Assembly (NCBI RefSeq): GCF_001194135.2
Contig: NC_068992.1
Span: 7,779,790 to 7,843,789 of the forward strand
Origin: Octopus bimaculoides
Taxonomy: Eukaryota
Direction of reading: 5' to 3'
Length of the DNA: 64,000 nucleotides
The notes beneath the pieces are model-generated. The model did no database searches. It saw only the letters and a program-made list of their open reading frames with translations, and was not told the origin of the DNA. The position numbers were made by a program, and so were the translations under genes. Positions 52,677 to 61,950 of this stretch are shown here, piece by piece. How positions within the stretch are numbered: position 1 is the stretch's first letter; every line of letters begins with the position of its first letter.

Positions 52677-54107
52677 TTCTCATTTTTATATATATAGATA
52701 AAAGTATATTCAATTATACATGTACTAGCTCAATTGAAACACTGCCTACAGCTGTTCTTCCTTTCGGCAGTTCAAGCTGGAGTTTAGGTAGGAAGTCAAC
52801 TTGAGTACTATCTATATATACCTATTGTCTGTCTCACTGTCCTGTTCTTGTTTACACTTTCACGCTCCGCAAAAATTTCCAAATTTAAATTAATTTGCTT
52901 GCGGGAAGGACTGCTCCAACGAAGTCACGTATTGTCCTTGCCTTCGAAACGCGGAGTAGATGGAACAGGGACAACTGAAGAAGGGTAATTTTCTTTATGT
53001 TGCATGTCTCGTTTCTCTGTTAGTTTTTTTCGTTGTTCGGAAAAAAAAAAGTTCGTTTGCTGTTTTCGTCTTTATGTTTTCGTTTCTCATGATGTCCTGT
53101 ACCCATATATGCATGTGTGTATACATATAGATGTCGGTATGTACATATATGTATGGATATATGCATNNNNNNNNNNATATATATATATATAATTATTATT
53201 TTTATTATTAAGAAGGCACTGAACTGGCAGAATTGTTAGCATGTTGGGTGAAATGCTTAACAGTATTTTGTCTGCAGCTACATTCTGTGTTCAAATTCCA
53301 CCAAGGTTGACATTATCTCTTATTCTCTCTCTAGAGCGACAAAATAGGTACCAATTGGAAACTGGGATCAATGTAATTGACTTCCAAACTTGCTAGCCTT
53401 GTGCCAAAATTTGGAGCTGAACAACCACAGCAACAATATAAAATAAGTACAACACTGAAAAGTAAGTATGGTGGAGGAGGGGGTGCAGTTTTGTTGGACT
53501 AAAACCCTTCTAGGTAGTGCTCCAGCATGACTACAGTCTAATGACTGAAATAAGTATAAGATAAAGCTGCACAAAAGGTGGTGGGGAGAAACAATATTTA
53601 GAGGAGCAAATTAATAAAGGATAAAATAATTACTTGAGTCGCTTTCTTCTGGTCATCTAAAACTAATTCAGCTGAAATTTCACAAATTGGTTTAGACTTT
53701 TGCTGGCATTCTTCAACAAACGTCTGTTGAGCTTGTTCATAACCGCCAAACTCGAGGTACTGCAATTATAGAATAACAGAAAATATCATGAAGTGTCGAG
53801 AGAAGAAATGTCATGGGTTTCATACATACATCAAGAGAGAGAGTACATCAAGAGAGAGAGTACAGTGAACTGACTCACATCCTCTAAATCAATCAGTGAC
53901 ATAGTGATGTGTTGTAAAAGATTCTCCATCAGTGATTCTGAAAATGAATGTATAGGTGCAGCCGTGTAGTAAAAAGCTTGATTCCGAGTTCAGTTCCACT
54001 GTATGGTACTTTGGGCAAGTGTCTCCTTCTATAGCCTCAGGCCAACCAAAGCTTTGTGGGTGGATTCAGTTGACAGAAACTGAAAGAAGTCCATCATGTG
54101 TGTGTGT

Positions 54108-54141
<34 letters not shown>

Positions 54142-55526
54142 ATGCNNNNNNNNNNNNNNNNNNNNNNNNNNNNNNNNNNNNNNNNNNNNNNNNNNNNNCC
54201 CCCCCCCCAGTACCACCATGTTTACATTCCTGTAACTTAGTGGTTTTGCAAAAGAGACTGACAGAATAAGTACCAGGCTTAATCAAAGTAAATTCTGAGG
54301 TCAATTCATTCAACTAAAAATTCCTGAAGGTAGTGCTCCAGCATGACCACAGTCTAATGACTGAAACAAGTAAAAAAACAGAAGATAAAAAGATACACTC
54401 AGAAGTACGTATGGTATACAAGCACACACACATACATAAAGACTAATGAAACACATGCATTTGTCTGATAAAGAGGCAGGCATACTCATTCCAGGGCTCA
54501 ACGTCACTTTTATGGATGCAGAGGGGCTGGCATGGGACCACATGTGATGGAGAGCGCTGGTGAATTTGATCGGCTCAACAGATGATCTCTGGAACCACTA
54601 ACCTGAGATGGTCCCAGCCCCATCAAGTTAGAGCAGAAACAAAGCACTATATAGCTAAGCCCCTGCAAGTTATTAACAGAGTAGATACCTATATAAATTC
54701 CAGTCTGATCTACAGATTGGATTTGGTTTCTACTTTAAAGCGAGTGTTACGTGTTCAAACATGCTTGAGACATATTCAAACCTATAAGAAAGCCGTTCAC
54801 TGTATTTTGTCACGGAGAACATTTTCACTGCAGACAGATAGGTGTAAACACACTGAATCAGCATGCAGTGTTCCCTAACCAGACAGGTTGATGCATGCAT
54901 TCCTCTTCAGTACCAGAAACCAAAGAGGCAGATATTGCAAACTAACAAGAGAGACAGGTCCTTTTTTATTATATTCCTGTCATCATACAATGACCGGTTG
55001 CAGTATTCAGCACTTTGTTGTAAATAAAACAAAGGGTGACAGTGTTATGCAGTAATGTGTATAAATACAAACTTATTACCAGATCAAATGTGTTTGAGGC
55101 ATATTCGAACCCATAACAAAAAGACATTTACTGTATTTTGACAAGGAGAAAATTTCCTGCTGAAGACAGACAGGTATAAGCACACTGAGTCAGTTCACAG
55201 CACCTACCACAAACACACACACACACACACACGCACACACACACACACATCATAATCATTTCACATCTGTTTCCATTCTGGCATGGGTTGGATGGTTTGA
55301 CAGGATCCAGTGAGACACAGGACTGCATCAAGCTCCACTGTCGAGTTTGGCATAGTTTCTACAGGTGAATGGCCTTTCTACATGTTGGTGTGTGTGTGTG
55401 CTTGTGTGCTTGTGTGTGTGTGTGTATGTGCATTTGGAAAAACATGACAACACTTACCTCTTTCACAATAGCATTTAACTCTCCTTCAAATGCAACGACA
55501 GGCCAAGGCCTCACAGAACCAGACAT
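32768..55526 (-). CDS. ARMC9: LisH domain-containing protein ARMC9 (ciliary armadillo-repeat protein), whole gene span, 23 coding exons, 798 aa
   Basis: Exons joined at GT-AG sites with consistent phases; lengths sum to 2397 nt. Peptides match human ARMC9 as remembered: [12 protein letters not shown]|[90 protein letters not shown]. Confidence 0.95.
33666..33753 (-). CDS. ARMC9: ARMC9 exon 22 ([28 protein letters not shown])
   Basis: gtttag|GA ... GA|gtaagt; 88 nt; phase-consistent. Confidence 0.75.
34387..34499 (-). CDS. ARMC9: ARMC9 exon 21 ([37 protein letters not shown])
   Basis: ttctag|T ... A|gtaagt; 113 nt, phase 2 in and phase 1 out as its neighbours require; low-complexity tail with weak homology. 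Confidence 0.75.
35219..35316 (-). CDS. ARMC9: ARMC9 exon 20 ([32 protein letters not shown])
   Basis: ttctag|CAG (NAGNAG acceptor) ... AA|gtaagt; 98 nt; PLQRPVTP motif. Confidence 0.88.
35953..36066 (-). CDS. ARMC9: ARMC9 exon 19 ([38 protein letters not shown])
   Basis: ttttag|GAA ... AAG|gtaagt; 114 nt; ME.DLDKD and GE.LL.TEYL motifs. Confidence 0.93.
36501..36559 (-). CDS. ARMC9: ARMC9 exon 18, acidic tract ([20 protein letters not shown])
   Basis: ttttag|AT ... GAG|gttgtt (weak donor); 59 nt restores phase 0. Confidence 0.85.
36964..37048 (-). CDS. ARMC9: ARMC9 exon 17 ([28 protein letters not shown])
   Basis: gtttag|GGA ... G|gtgaga; 85 nt. Confidence 0.93.
37980..38054 (-). CDS. ARMC9: ARMC9 exon 16 ([25 protein letters not shown])
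   Basis: ttctag|ATT ... ATG|gtaaga; 75 nt. Confidence 0.95.
38772..38854 (-). CDS. ARMC9: ARMC9 exon 15 ([27 protein letters not shown])
   Basis: tttaag|GT ... GAG|gtaact; 83 nt. Confidence 0.92.
38925..39125 (-). mobile_element. RTE-type LINE/SINE 3' end with a (GAT)n tail
   Basis: (CAT)n followed by GTTTAACGTCCGCTTTCCATGCTAGCATGGGTTGGACG…GGATGCCCTTCCTAACGC. Related pieces lie near 34700-34850, 45700-45825 and 55255-55385. Confidence 0.65.
39160..39312. repeat. G-rich degenerate tandem repeat (ACATTCCAGAGAGGG(T/G)GATTTG…GGAAGGGGAGGAAGG) x3
   Basis: Three copies of ACATTCCAGAGAGGG are visible; G-quadruplex pattern at 39221-39244. Confidence 0.8.
39488..39627 (-). CDS. ARMC9: ARMC9 exon 14 ([46 protein letters not shown])
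   Basis: catcag|G ... G|gtaaga; 140 nt; most conserved ARM segment. Confidence 0.96.
40487..40610 (-). CDS. ARMC9: ARMC9 exon 13 ([41 protein letters not shown])
   Basis: ttttcag|GT ... AG|gtgagt; 124 nt. Confidence 0.93.
41156..41449 (+). mobile_element. SINE family B (5' end in gap) in ARMC9 intron 12
   Basis: High identity to 28961-29272; repeated GTAAAAGA tail. Confidence 0.88.
41652..41742 (-). CDS. ARMC9: ARMC9 exon 12 ([31 protein letters not shown])
   Basis: ttttag|GAT ... GTTG|gtgagt; 91 nt, phase 1 as required by exon 13. Confidence 0.88.
41960..42058 (-). CDS. ARMC9: ARMC9 exon 11 ([33 protein letters not shown])
   Basis: ttgcag|CGA ... AAA|gtgagt; 99 nt. Confidence 0.9.
42580..42691 (-). 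CDS. ARMC9: ARMC9 exon 10 ([38 protein letters not shown])
   Basis: ttgcag|T ... TGG|gtgagt; 112 nt. Confidence 0.93.
43818..43936 (-). CDS. ARMC9: ARMC9 exon 9 ([39 protein letters not shown])
   Basis: cttcag|GTC ... GA|gtaagg; 119 nt; DFxRPGTA motif. Confidence 0.93.
44011..44167. repeat. Minisatellite with a unit of about 31 bp, about 5 copies, in ARMC9 intron 8
   Basis: Recurrent GAG(T/C)C..TATG..G(T/A)CACT(T/A)GAGTCAA units. Confidence 0.85.
44330..44404 (-). CDS. ARMC9: ARMC9 exon 8 ([25 protein letters not shown])
   Basis: tttcag|GGA ... ACT|gtaagt; 75 nt. Confidence 0.93.
46127..46218 (-). CDS. ARMC9: ARMC9 exon 7 ([31 protein letters not shown], coiled coil)
   Basis: ttttcag|AA ... 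CAG|gtacat; 92 nt. Confidence 0.88.
47401..47425 (-). CDS. ARMC9: ARMC9 exon 6, 25-nt microexon (RGSPAQTE)
   Basis: gtttag|AGA ... GAAG|gtatgt; supplies the phase 0 to phase 1 change required between exons 5 and 7. Confidence 0.8.
48405..48494 (-). CDS. ARMC9: ARMC9 exon 5 ([30 protein letters not shown])
   Basis: ccacag|CCA ... TAT|gtatct; 90 nt. Confidence 0.88.
49961..50107 (-). CDS. ARMC9: ARMC9 exon 4 ([49 protein letters not shown])
   Basis: ttttag|GAT ... AAG|gtaagg; 147 nt; highly conserved block. Confidence 0.95.
50978..51148 (-). CDS. ARMC9: ARMC9 exon 3 ([12 protein letters not shown]...[22 protein letters not shown])
   Basis: tttgcag|AAA ... AAA|gtatga; 171 nt; visible in ORF 50972..51187. 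Confidence 0.93.
51200..52698 (-). mobile_element. Internally deleted Helitron (centre in assembly gap) in ARMC9 intron 2
   Basis: On the minus strand: A|TC 5' end at 52698, a (TCTG)n tract, a PIF1 helicase remnant, a subterminal hairpin ACCCGG-GCAACG-CCGGGT at 51211-51228, and a CTAG|T 3' end at 51200. Confidence 0.85.
51410..51572 (-). pseudogene. Helitron RepHel PIF1-helicase C-terminal remnant ([53 protein letters not shown])
   Basis: Helicase motifs V and VI (SQGQ(S/T)[12 protein letters not shown]) are recognisable; +1 frameshift in an A-run. Confidence 0.9.
52870..53106 (+). repeat. Interspersed repeat end (same family as 20-255)
   Basis: Same shared blocks as 20-255, in the opposite orientation. 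Confidence 0.6.
53634..53759 (-). CDS. ARMC9: ARMC9 exon 2 ([42 protein letters not shown])
   Basis: ttgcag|TAC ... CAA|gtaatt; 126 nt; LisH motif. Confidence 0.93.
55458..55526 (-). CDS. ARMC9: ARMC9 coding exon 1 ([23 protein letters not shown])
   Basis: Acceptor tttcag lies 3 nt before the ATG at 55526; donor GAG|gtaagt; N-terminal LisH similarity. Confidence 0.9.
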
Positions 55527-55541
55527 AACCTGAAATATACA

Positions 55542-55574
<33 letters not shown>

Positions 55575-55992
55575 TCCATATAAATTCCATATTTTGTCAT
55601 TTTGTCCTTTTGCTGAATTCCTTCCAACCACTTGAAGTTTAGCTCTGATGTAGTTTAATGAATGTGATTTTCATCATTAAATGCAAAACTACATCAGAAC
55701 AATAAATTTGAAAATAATCTAGTGAAAATTTGAAAAACTTCAAAAAGTTGGAAGAAATTTAACAAGATCTGCTTATTGCTTATTTCTATTTTGATGCATA
55801 TATTTACACATTTACAAGATTGTTTTATGTTAAAAATTTGGATTATACCTTCAATTTTGTTCTATACTTAAAAGTTGCTAAAAGCCAATCACTTGAAACT
55901 CTTATATGTAGAAAATTTGGACACTGTCTCTGATTTTGTTCCACAGTTAAGGTGTTGTAAAGCATAAACACATAGTTTAAGTGATCAAACAA

Positions 55993-56029
<37 letters not shown>

Positions 56030-57238
56030 TGTCAAAACTAACATCTGTCCATTTACAACAGAGCCCAATGTTGTTTCTGTTGGTGAGTCTTTCCCTTTCA
56101 ACTGTCCAGTCTGTCTGACTTTAAGCAGTTCTTGTTAATGCTCTATAAAGATAATAAGTTTGTTGATTGTTTCATTAATTATTTCTAAATACAATTAATT
56201 GCTAATTAAATAAATAGAACACTGCAGATTAGCCTAATTCATAACAACCAGTGAATTATTAATTAATTTTCAAAACATGTGTATTCTTCTGTAATTCTAA
56301 ATTTCGTTTTCTTTTTGTTCCTATTTTGGCATAATATACCAGCCTAAAAAGAATGGTGAACTGACAGAAATGGTTGAGACCACGTGGTTTCAAATCCTAC
56401 AGGCACTGATTTTTCTTTCATCCTTCTCAAGTTAATAAAATTAAGTTCCAACGAAGAACTGAGTTTGAGCTTAATTGAATACGCCCTTACCAAAAATTAC
56501 AGAGCTTGTGTATATACTAGTGTAGTGAGGCTTCAGTTGAGTTTTGAACCATTACTCTCAACTCTGCCCTGCTCAGGGCCATGACATTCCATCATTAAAG
56601 GCAACATGTTGTTATAAGAGGCATTGATGCCTATACAACTATGGTCCAACCAATTACAATTGCTACTTGTTATGGCTGATTCAGTGAACTTAAAAGGAAG
56701 TGAGAAAGTTTTCCCATCAAATCATCAAATAGCTTGACCAAAAGTTCTAGACACTTTTACTTACAGTTATAAAAAGTTAGCCAATTCAACCTCAGATAGA
56801 GCCATCCAGAACCTGCACTGAATTATGTCACTGTATGTGATGGTCCCGTACCCTCTTCCGCTTTTCATTACTTAAAATCTTTGTCATGTTTGACAAAAGA
56901 GGTTGGCTTTGGGTTGTAATGTCAAATATGCACTCACTGTTCCTTTAAATTAAAAATATGTTACACATGTAAATATAATTGATGTGTGTTAATAGGAATA
57001 TATGAAAATTCAAATAGTAGTGTGACCATTCTTGACTTCACATGGAGCCACCTAATATTGTGTACTACTAACAAAGGATTAATGATTAACGCCCTCCTAA
57101 ACTAGAAACCAATATACTACCCCTTACAAACTTTGCTGGATGATGAATGCAAGTTTATATACATATGGGTATGTGTGTGGTGTACATTCATACATATGTA
57201 GATGTGTGTATTTTTTTCTATTTTAATATCCACTTTCA

Positions 57239-57296
<58 letters not shown>

Positions 57297-58438
57297 NNNN
57301 NNNNNNNNNNNNNNNNNNNNNNNNNNNNNNNNNNNNNNNNNNNNNNNNNNNNNNNNNNNNNNNNNNNNNNNNNNNNNNNNNNNNNNNNNNNNNNNNNNNN
57401 NNNNNNNNNNNNNNNNNNNNNNNNNNNNNNNNNNNNNNNNNNNNNNNNNNNNNNNNNNNNNNNNNNNNNNNNNNNNNNNNNNNNNNNNNNNNNNNNNNNN
57501 NNNNNNNNNNNNNNNNNNNNNNNNNNNNNNNNNNNNNNNNNNNNNNNNNNNNNNNNNNNNNNNNNNNNNNNNNNNNNNNNNNNNNNNNNNNNNNNNNNNN
57601 NNNNNNNNNNNNNNNNNNNNNNNNNNNNNNNNNNNNNNNNNNNNNNNNNNNNNNNNNNNNNNNNNNNNNNNNNNNNNNNNNNNNNNNNNNNNNNNNNNNN
57701 NNNNNNNNNNNNNNNNNNNNNNNNNNNNNNNNNNNNNNNNNNNNNNNNNNNNNNNNNNNNNNNNNNNNNNNNNNNNNNNNNNNNNNNNNNNNNNNNNNNN
57801 NNNNNNNNNNNNNNNNNNNNNNNNNNNNNNNNNNNNNNNNNNNNNNNNNNNNNNNNNNNNNNNNNNNNNNNNNNNNNNNNNNNNNNNNNNNNNNNNNNNN
57901 NNNNNNNNNNNNNNNNNNNNNNNNNNNNNNNNNNNNNNNNNNNNNNNNNNNNNNNNNNNNNNNNNNNNNNNNNNNNNNNNNNNNNNNNNNNNNNNNNNNN
58001 NNNNNNNNNNNNNNNNNNNNNNNNNNNNNNNNNNNNNNNNNNNNNNNNNNNNNNNNNNNNNNNNNNNNNNNNNNNNNNNNNNNNNNNNNNNNNNNNNNNN
58101 NNNNNNNNNNNNNNNNNNNNNNNNNNNNNNNNNNNNNNNNNNNNNNNNNNNNNNNNNNNNNNNNNNNNNNNNNNNNNNNNNNNNNNNNNNNNATATATAT
58201 ATATATATATATATATAAGTAAAAGGGGAGAGAGAGAGAGAGAGAGAACACAGCTAGTATTTCTCTTTATCATTGTTCGAAGTTGCTTGTTTTCACTCAT
58301 CGACTGTGCGAACGTTTAAAAACTGACAACTCCGAGTGATGGCAACACAGATGAGGAGAAAACAACCACGAACCATAACTTATACGCTTTGAGTACTTTT
58401 TCTCTCATTTGTGAAAATAAACCTCATTCCATAAACAC

Positions 58439-58498
58439 ACACACACAAAGTGTATATAAGTAATAAATACACACACAAAGTGTATATAAGTAATAAAT
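58439..58498. repeat. Perfect 30-bp tandem duplication in the ARMC9 upstream region
   Basis: ACACACACAAAGTGTATATAAGTAATAAAT x2. Confidence 0.85.
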
Positions 58499-58650
58499 TT
58501 AAAACAAATTGAAGCTGACTACTAAAATGAAAATAATAATAATAATTTCAAAATGGGTATCAAAAGAAATTGTTTTGTTATTTTAGAATTTTTAAAAGAA
58601 AATTTCCGCAATTAACGCGAACATATCTAGAGTTATGTGCCCTCGATAAG

Positions 58651-58664
58651 GTTACCATAACAAC
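58651..58664. promoter_or_regulatory. RFX X-box GTTACCATAACAAC upstream of ARMC9
   Basis: Fits the X-box consensus RTHNYY-WT-RRNRAC and lies 5' of a ciliary gene whose first coding exon needs an upstream UTR exon. An extra half-site ATGGCAAC is at 58339-58346. Confidence 0.65.
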
Positions 58665-60059
58665 GAAGTAAACAAAAATATTTCTTTAGTTTTAAAGTCA
58701 TTTCGCTCTAGAGTTCAGAATTAATCCCGCCACAAGGATTTAATGCAAGCTTAAATGATATTTTTTTTGTTTTTGTTGACCGTTATTTTATTGATTATTG
58801 AGATATATTGTGCTTTGCAAGCGATATGATTTGCAGTCATGTGTAGGAACTATGATGCTCACACCGTGTGAGACTTGAAACACACTCGTACACACACGAA
58901 AAGCCTGAGCTAAGATTATTTTTCTTTAATAACGATGCTTATTATAGGATATCAAAATTTGTCACTGACCATGTATGACTAAATCACTAGACATCTTTTT
59001 ACTCCACTTATATCGTCACATAATATATTTCCACATTTTCTGCTAAGAGTTGCGTCCCTTAGATTATATTTATCTCATTCTTTAACTTAACTATTTTGAT
59101 ATCAACCCGCCCAAAACTTCCTGTTTTAAAATGATCCAAGTTAAAGACTTAATGAGGACAAAATTATTTCATTAGATTTTCCAAACTGTGCCTATGTTTA
59201 AAAATCAATACTCTTAGAGTGTCAGATTGCCGGAGCATCGAACAAAACGATTTGTAGTATTTAGTTACACTCGATTTCAAATCCTACAAAGGCTAGTTTA
59301 GCCTTTTTCCTTCCAGGAGTCGATAAAGTAAACATTAGTCAAGTTCTAAGCCCAATTTTATCGACTACAGCTCTTTCTAAAAAGTGAGTGACCTTATCCT
59401 CATTTTAGGAGTCTTATGTAAGAAAGTTTACAAACTTAAAACATTAGGATTGTTAATCATCGCTTCTGAATAACTTTAATCAAATTCATTCAATTTTGAA
59501 ATATTTACATAATAAAAATATCGTTTTTAATTAATTTCGGATTTTTAAAGTTAGAAATTATAGTAAAACACAGCACTAATAAATGTTATTGGTTTCTCGA
59601 GAATTTTCACTTTCTTAAATGTATTTTTAAAGACAAATCAATGTTTCAAAATCTAATATTATCATTAAAAAGAAATAATGGTAATAGTACCTAAACAAAT
59701 TATCTTTCAATGAAAATGTTCAAATAAACTGATTGCTAAAAAAAAAAAAAAAAAAAAAAAAAATATGTACTGTGTTCTTACCATTTCAGCTGCCTAAATC
59801 ATGTTCACTCTACTTCACATCCAGGGATTCCACTATACACCATAAATATTAATCAATAGTGGCAAAATTATTCCTAAACTCTTAGTATCGACGAGAACAA
59901 TTTCAACGGCGACTGAACAAATCTATGATATAAGGCATTCCAGCCATGACCACCAGGACATAATCTGATACGTTCTTCCTTCTTTAAAATTAAAAAAAAA
60001 AAAAAAAGGGCGTCTTGGAGGAGAAAATTTGATTTAATACAACAGAACACAAAAATGCT

Positions 60060-60277
60060 GCATGATGAGAGATATAGAATCGTCGAATGGTTTCAAATTT
60101 TGGCACAAAGTCAGCAATTTTCGGGGTTGAAGTGAGTTGATTACATCGACTCCAGTGTTCAACTGCTACGTATTTTATCGACCTCGAAAGGAGGAAAGGC
60201 ATAGTCGACATCGGCAGAATTTGAATTCAAACGTCTTCAAGACGGGCGAAATACTTCGCGTGCTAACGATTCTGTCA
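60060..60277 (-). mobile_element. SINE family A body; its head appears displaced to 61949-61980 by the retroelement insertion
   Basis: Resumes at TGACAGAATCGTTAGCACGC and continues through the family A core. Older family A copies lie near 4176-4310, 34000-34185, 35760-35920, 37090-37290, 48120-48310, 53215-53420 and 62370-62570. Confidence 0.8.
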
Positions 60278-61950
60278 GGGTTTCTTTATTTCCCATAAAG
60301 GGTATACACAGAAATTGGCACAACACATGTGGAGACATAAAAAAACATAAGACAGACAAATAAATAGATATAAAAATTAAAATTAAAAACGTATGATGTA
60401 CATGCATGATAACAATGAAATGAATATGAAAATGAACTACTTGCCCCACCAAGCAGTCTCATTTCTTCCTTTTACCATTTATAAGGTGTGTCCCTTAATA
60501 TATCCCCTCAATGCTCCTTTATTAAGTCTTTGTACTTCGAACTATCTGGTAACTTTTTCATGTTCGCGTACAATCTCCAATATAGGACTCCTTTTTTTAT
60601 ATTTGGATATCACATCCTTTTGGCTTTGAGCCACCATTACACACAATTGCAAGCCTATAATATTTATGAATTCCTCCATGTTCACAAATTTTGCCTTTTA
60701 CCACCGCCTAACCTCACAAATCAAATCCTCTTCTGCCTCTTCTGTCAACAAACAAACATAATAATTCTCACGCGGAGGGAGCTTTTGTAAATCCTGTAAT
60801 GTCTGCTTTCTTTTTTCTTTTTGTTTTGTAAAGTAGGGGGATGGGTGGGTTTGGTGTCTGCGGGTAAAGGGTGGGACTGAGTGGGTGTGGGTGAGGGTGG
60901 GGCAGTTTGGGGTTCCATCTCGTTCTGTCCTTTCTTTCTCTTTTTGCCAGCTACTGTCCATACTTCCTCCTTTCTCTGCGTTTCCTCCAATATCTCTTGT
61001 ATTTTTTCTGGCCCCTTTTCCTCTTTTTCTGTTGCTTTCTGTGTAGTACAGTGTGCCCTAATGTGGCCCTTCTGGCCACATTTAAAACAACGAGGGACTC
61101 TTCCCTCCACCCACACTCTTAGAATCCGATCGACACCGTTTCTACGAGTCCTTCCAGCGTTTCTACTTCAGCTTGAACCAGTAGGTCTAGCGTCTTGCCT
61201 TTCCATTTTGTTCCTTCTATTTCTGTGGCCTGGATGACGTCTACCTCCTCCTTATTTCCGAGAAGGACCGCTGCCGGAACCCAAGCCACATCTATATTGG
61301 GCGGGATTTCTTCTACCCTAATCTTGGAAGTCTTTCTTCCAAGATAAGTGGGTAGAAGGATCACTTTATCTGCTCTTGCCGTAGTCACTGCCTGTTGCCT
61401 TGGCACTTCCTCTGTCCTAAAATGGACAATAGTTCCCTACGAATTTCCCCTTCCTAAATATTTTACCTCTTTCATTACCGAGCATAACGCCTTTTCAATT
61501 TCCTCCTCCTTCGCATGTTCCAATCTTTCTTTTATCGAATATACCTTATACACCACGATCTTTTTTTCCATTTCCTCTATCTTCTTGGGTGTTGACAACT
61601 TAACGTCACCACACTCTCTGTGCGCCATTTTACCGTCTTTGTCAATATTTGCTAAGTCTACCTCTCTTCTTTTTTCTTTTGTCACTCCTGCGAAGTTCTT
61701 TTTACCTAATACTTTGTCCATCTTATTCACCACCATTAATTAGTTCTCCCTCTGAAGAAGCCAACTCAGTGCCACTAAGGTCTGAGTAAAACATATTTCT
61801 TTTTGCCATTATCCTGGCTAACTCTCCTTAAAGCGAAGAGAAAGCACCTCCAGTAAAATCGCTGCAAAGCAGCGCAAAAACAATTTACAAAGTGTTAAAA
61901 AACACTGACACAAAATTACAACTGTAAAAATAACTTGCAAACACTCAACG
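60278..61950 (-). mobile_element. Gag/ORF1-only L1/Tx1-like non-LTR retroelement remnant with a CCHC zinc knuckle
   Basis: Frameshifted ORF pieces 61736-61437, 61406-61119 and 61116-60745, with RVPRCFKCGQKGHIRAHC (CX2CX4HX4C). AATAAA lies near the 3' end; no RT or endonuclease is visible. Flanked by a 20-nt duplication. Confidence 0.75.

Noticed and set aside
58250-58300. ATG-initiated MSENKQLRTMIK… as a possible first ARMC9 coding exon
   Set aside because: There is no usable in-frame GT donor and it runs into (CT)n. The exon at 55458-55526 already provides an ATG and the homologous N-terminus.
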